Shown here: positions 61,985 through 64,000 of the stretch, in pieces | Layout of the letters: each line of letters opens with the position of its first letter | Position numbering within the stretch: the stretch's first letter is position 1 | The notes under the pieces: generated by a model | The model's database searches: none | What the model was told of the DNA's origin: nothing | What the model saw: the letters and a program-made list of their open reading frames with translations, nothing else | Translations under genes and position numbers: made by a program | NCBI GenBank assembly: GCA_021613535.1 | Contig: CP075494.1 | Location: forward strand, 9,672,001-9,736,000 | Origin: Adineta vaga | Taxonomy: Eukaryota > Animalia > Rotifera | Reading direction: 5' to 3' | DNA length: 64,000 nt

Positions 61985-64000
61985 GTTTATCTAGAAAAAC
62001 AAAACAGGAACAAAATTCAATTGCACAATCCATTCTATTTCCGATCGTTTTTCTTTTCTATTTGATATAGATCTATCATGATAATGGATGTTATGTCAAA
62101 TACATTAAACTAACACATTACAATTGAAAAATATATATCTCTCTCTCTCTAACGTTTTTCATATCTAAACACTAACAGCATTAATTAGATAAAGAAAACA
62201 ACTGAGAGCTTTACTTTAAACATCAAACAATCACACAAAATTTAGTCTATTCATTTATTGAATTCAATGCATCACCTAAAAATATCCATATTGATCGTTA
62301 TTATTCAAGTGTGTGAAACTCGAATAGACGATAGAAATTTCCTTCCGGGTGTAGATTTCACACACAAATGCACATTTATAATCATATGATTGAAAAACGA
62401 AATTTTTTCCTTTCTCAAATAAACAACACATCTGGAGTGGAAAAAGAAAATAACTGGTTATCGTTGTCGATGGTCAATATTGACATGACATATGAATCTA
62501 TCTAACAATTTTAATAAACAGGAAATGAACATGATAAAAATGCAAACACTCGATAATGATCATTAGATTTGCGACGGTGTTTATAAATTTCTTTTATTTC
62601 ATCTTAAGAAAACTGATCAAGATGATTATGTTTGTCGACGATGAGTTTGAATACAAATGAGTTCAAACGATTGAACTCAGTATGAAATCTCAACACATAT
62701 TCCTCTCATTTATAATTACCACTGATCAACTTCAAACAATAGATGTATAAAGATGAACCTGATTAAAATCTTGACATGATTAACAAATAAGAAAAAAAAG
62801 GAAAGAATATTTCTCAAACACAAATGTGTTACTTCATCTCTTCTTCTTGTTTATCGTCATCGTCATCTGAAAATTTTCTTTTCTAGTCAAATATTCAATA
62901 CATAAAGTTAGAAATTGAATATTATCTATGATAAAACAAGTGAAGCAGAAGGGGGAAAAGAAAATGATAAAATTGACTTTGACCGTTCGATGAACTCTCG
63001 TACATGCATGCATACATACATATACGGTACCGTACGTTGACTAGATCAAACAACATACGAATAGAACGGACATTAACCTTTATTGTAAAAACATAGACAT
63101 TCAAGGGTTTTTTTTCTTCGCGTTCTCTTTCTCACTTATTCACATAATGACATATCTTTTCTCTCATATCATCAATCATAAAAAAAACAATCAATAGATA
63201 GAGATAGACAGACATCATCAATGTCCCTGCATGTTTTATTCAAGCAAGAGAAAAAAAATATAAAAAAAAACTACACGCACATACACATAGATTTGTTTTA
63301 TACCTGAGAGGAGGTTCCTTCGAAATTTTATGTTTTCTTTTTCTCTTGAATAATGCGGAGCATACAAAAAAAAATAATAAAGAAGAAGAATAATAGCAAC
63401 TAATAAAGTGATAGATATGTGTGCAAGATTTTCACATAAATTTTTTTTTGTTTTTCTAAACACACAAACAGGTATTTCATACTAAACACACACCCGAAAA
63501 GAAAAAAAACCAGAGAGAGAGAGAGAAAATCTACGTGCCTAGACTTGTGTTGACAAACAAAAAGAAGAAATGACAGAAAAAAATAAGTTAGGCTCAAAGC
63601 TCACATACATATAGAGATAGATACCTACAACTAAAAAAAACAAACAAGAAAAAAACATGTTTTGAGCAGTTTGACTTCCTGAATAGGGAACACATACAAA
63701 TGACTTAGGACTAGTGGGTCACACACACACACACACAAAACACATGCTCATTCACAATGAGATAGATCTTATAGTATAATAAAGTAAAAGAATAATAAAC
63801 TTTATTTAATTTTTTTTCCGGGTTAATACATATAATGTCCCTGATCAAGATAGCTGTACACGATGACAAAACAAATAAAGGTAAAAAAATACACAGAATA
63901 AATTAAATAACACACACACACTAAGAATTATTCATACCTGAGAGTGCGTATGTATATAGATATTCATGATGTTTTCAATGATAAAAGACTAAAATTTGAC

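Noticed and set aside
62820-62870. Minus-strand exon-like DDDDKQEEEMK stretch
   Set aside because: I found no compatible flanking exons or start codon.

Overview
Gene-dense, very AT-rich eukaryotic (animal) DNA with mostly 50-65 nt GT-AG introns. Composition, intron size and a B-box/coiled-coil/propeller family member are consistent with a bdelloid rotifer (inference). I assembled 25 protein-coding genes by splicing by eye: FoxA, TENT5/FAM46, CREBL2-like bZIP, AP3M, SLBP, an Nck-like adaptor, NPC1, METTL23, two neuronal calcium sensors flanking an intronless TRIM-like gene, MVB12, an RGG-rich disordered protein, G-beta5, a divergent class A GPCR, Mi-2/CHD3-5, two small secreted precursors, a divergent PKA-C-like kinase, IGFBP7/KAZALD1-like, PIGW, EDRF1, an MPPE1/Cdc1-family phosphoesterase, an orphan gene missing from the ORF track, and ZFYVE19. 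The strongest novelty candidates are: (1) a tandem pair of amidated neuropeptide precursors at 45.7-46.7 kb with possible NKY affinity, one carrying a Cys pair; (2) operon-like same-strand runs with about 100-140 bp spacers and acceptor-like sites just upstream of the start codons, suggesting SL trans-splicing; (3) the hidden orphan gene at 59520-60364; (4) a Y-box-tail-like RGG protein lacking a cold-shock domain. I found no supportable rRNA, tRNA, CRISPR array or autonomous transposon. Family calls rest on motif recognition from memory, not on database searches.
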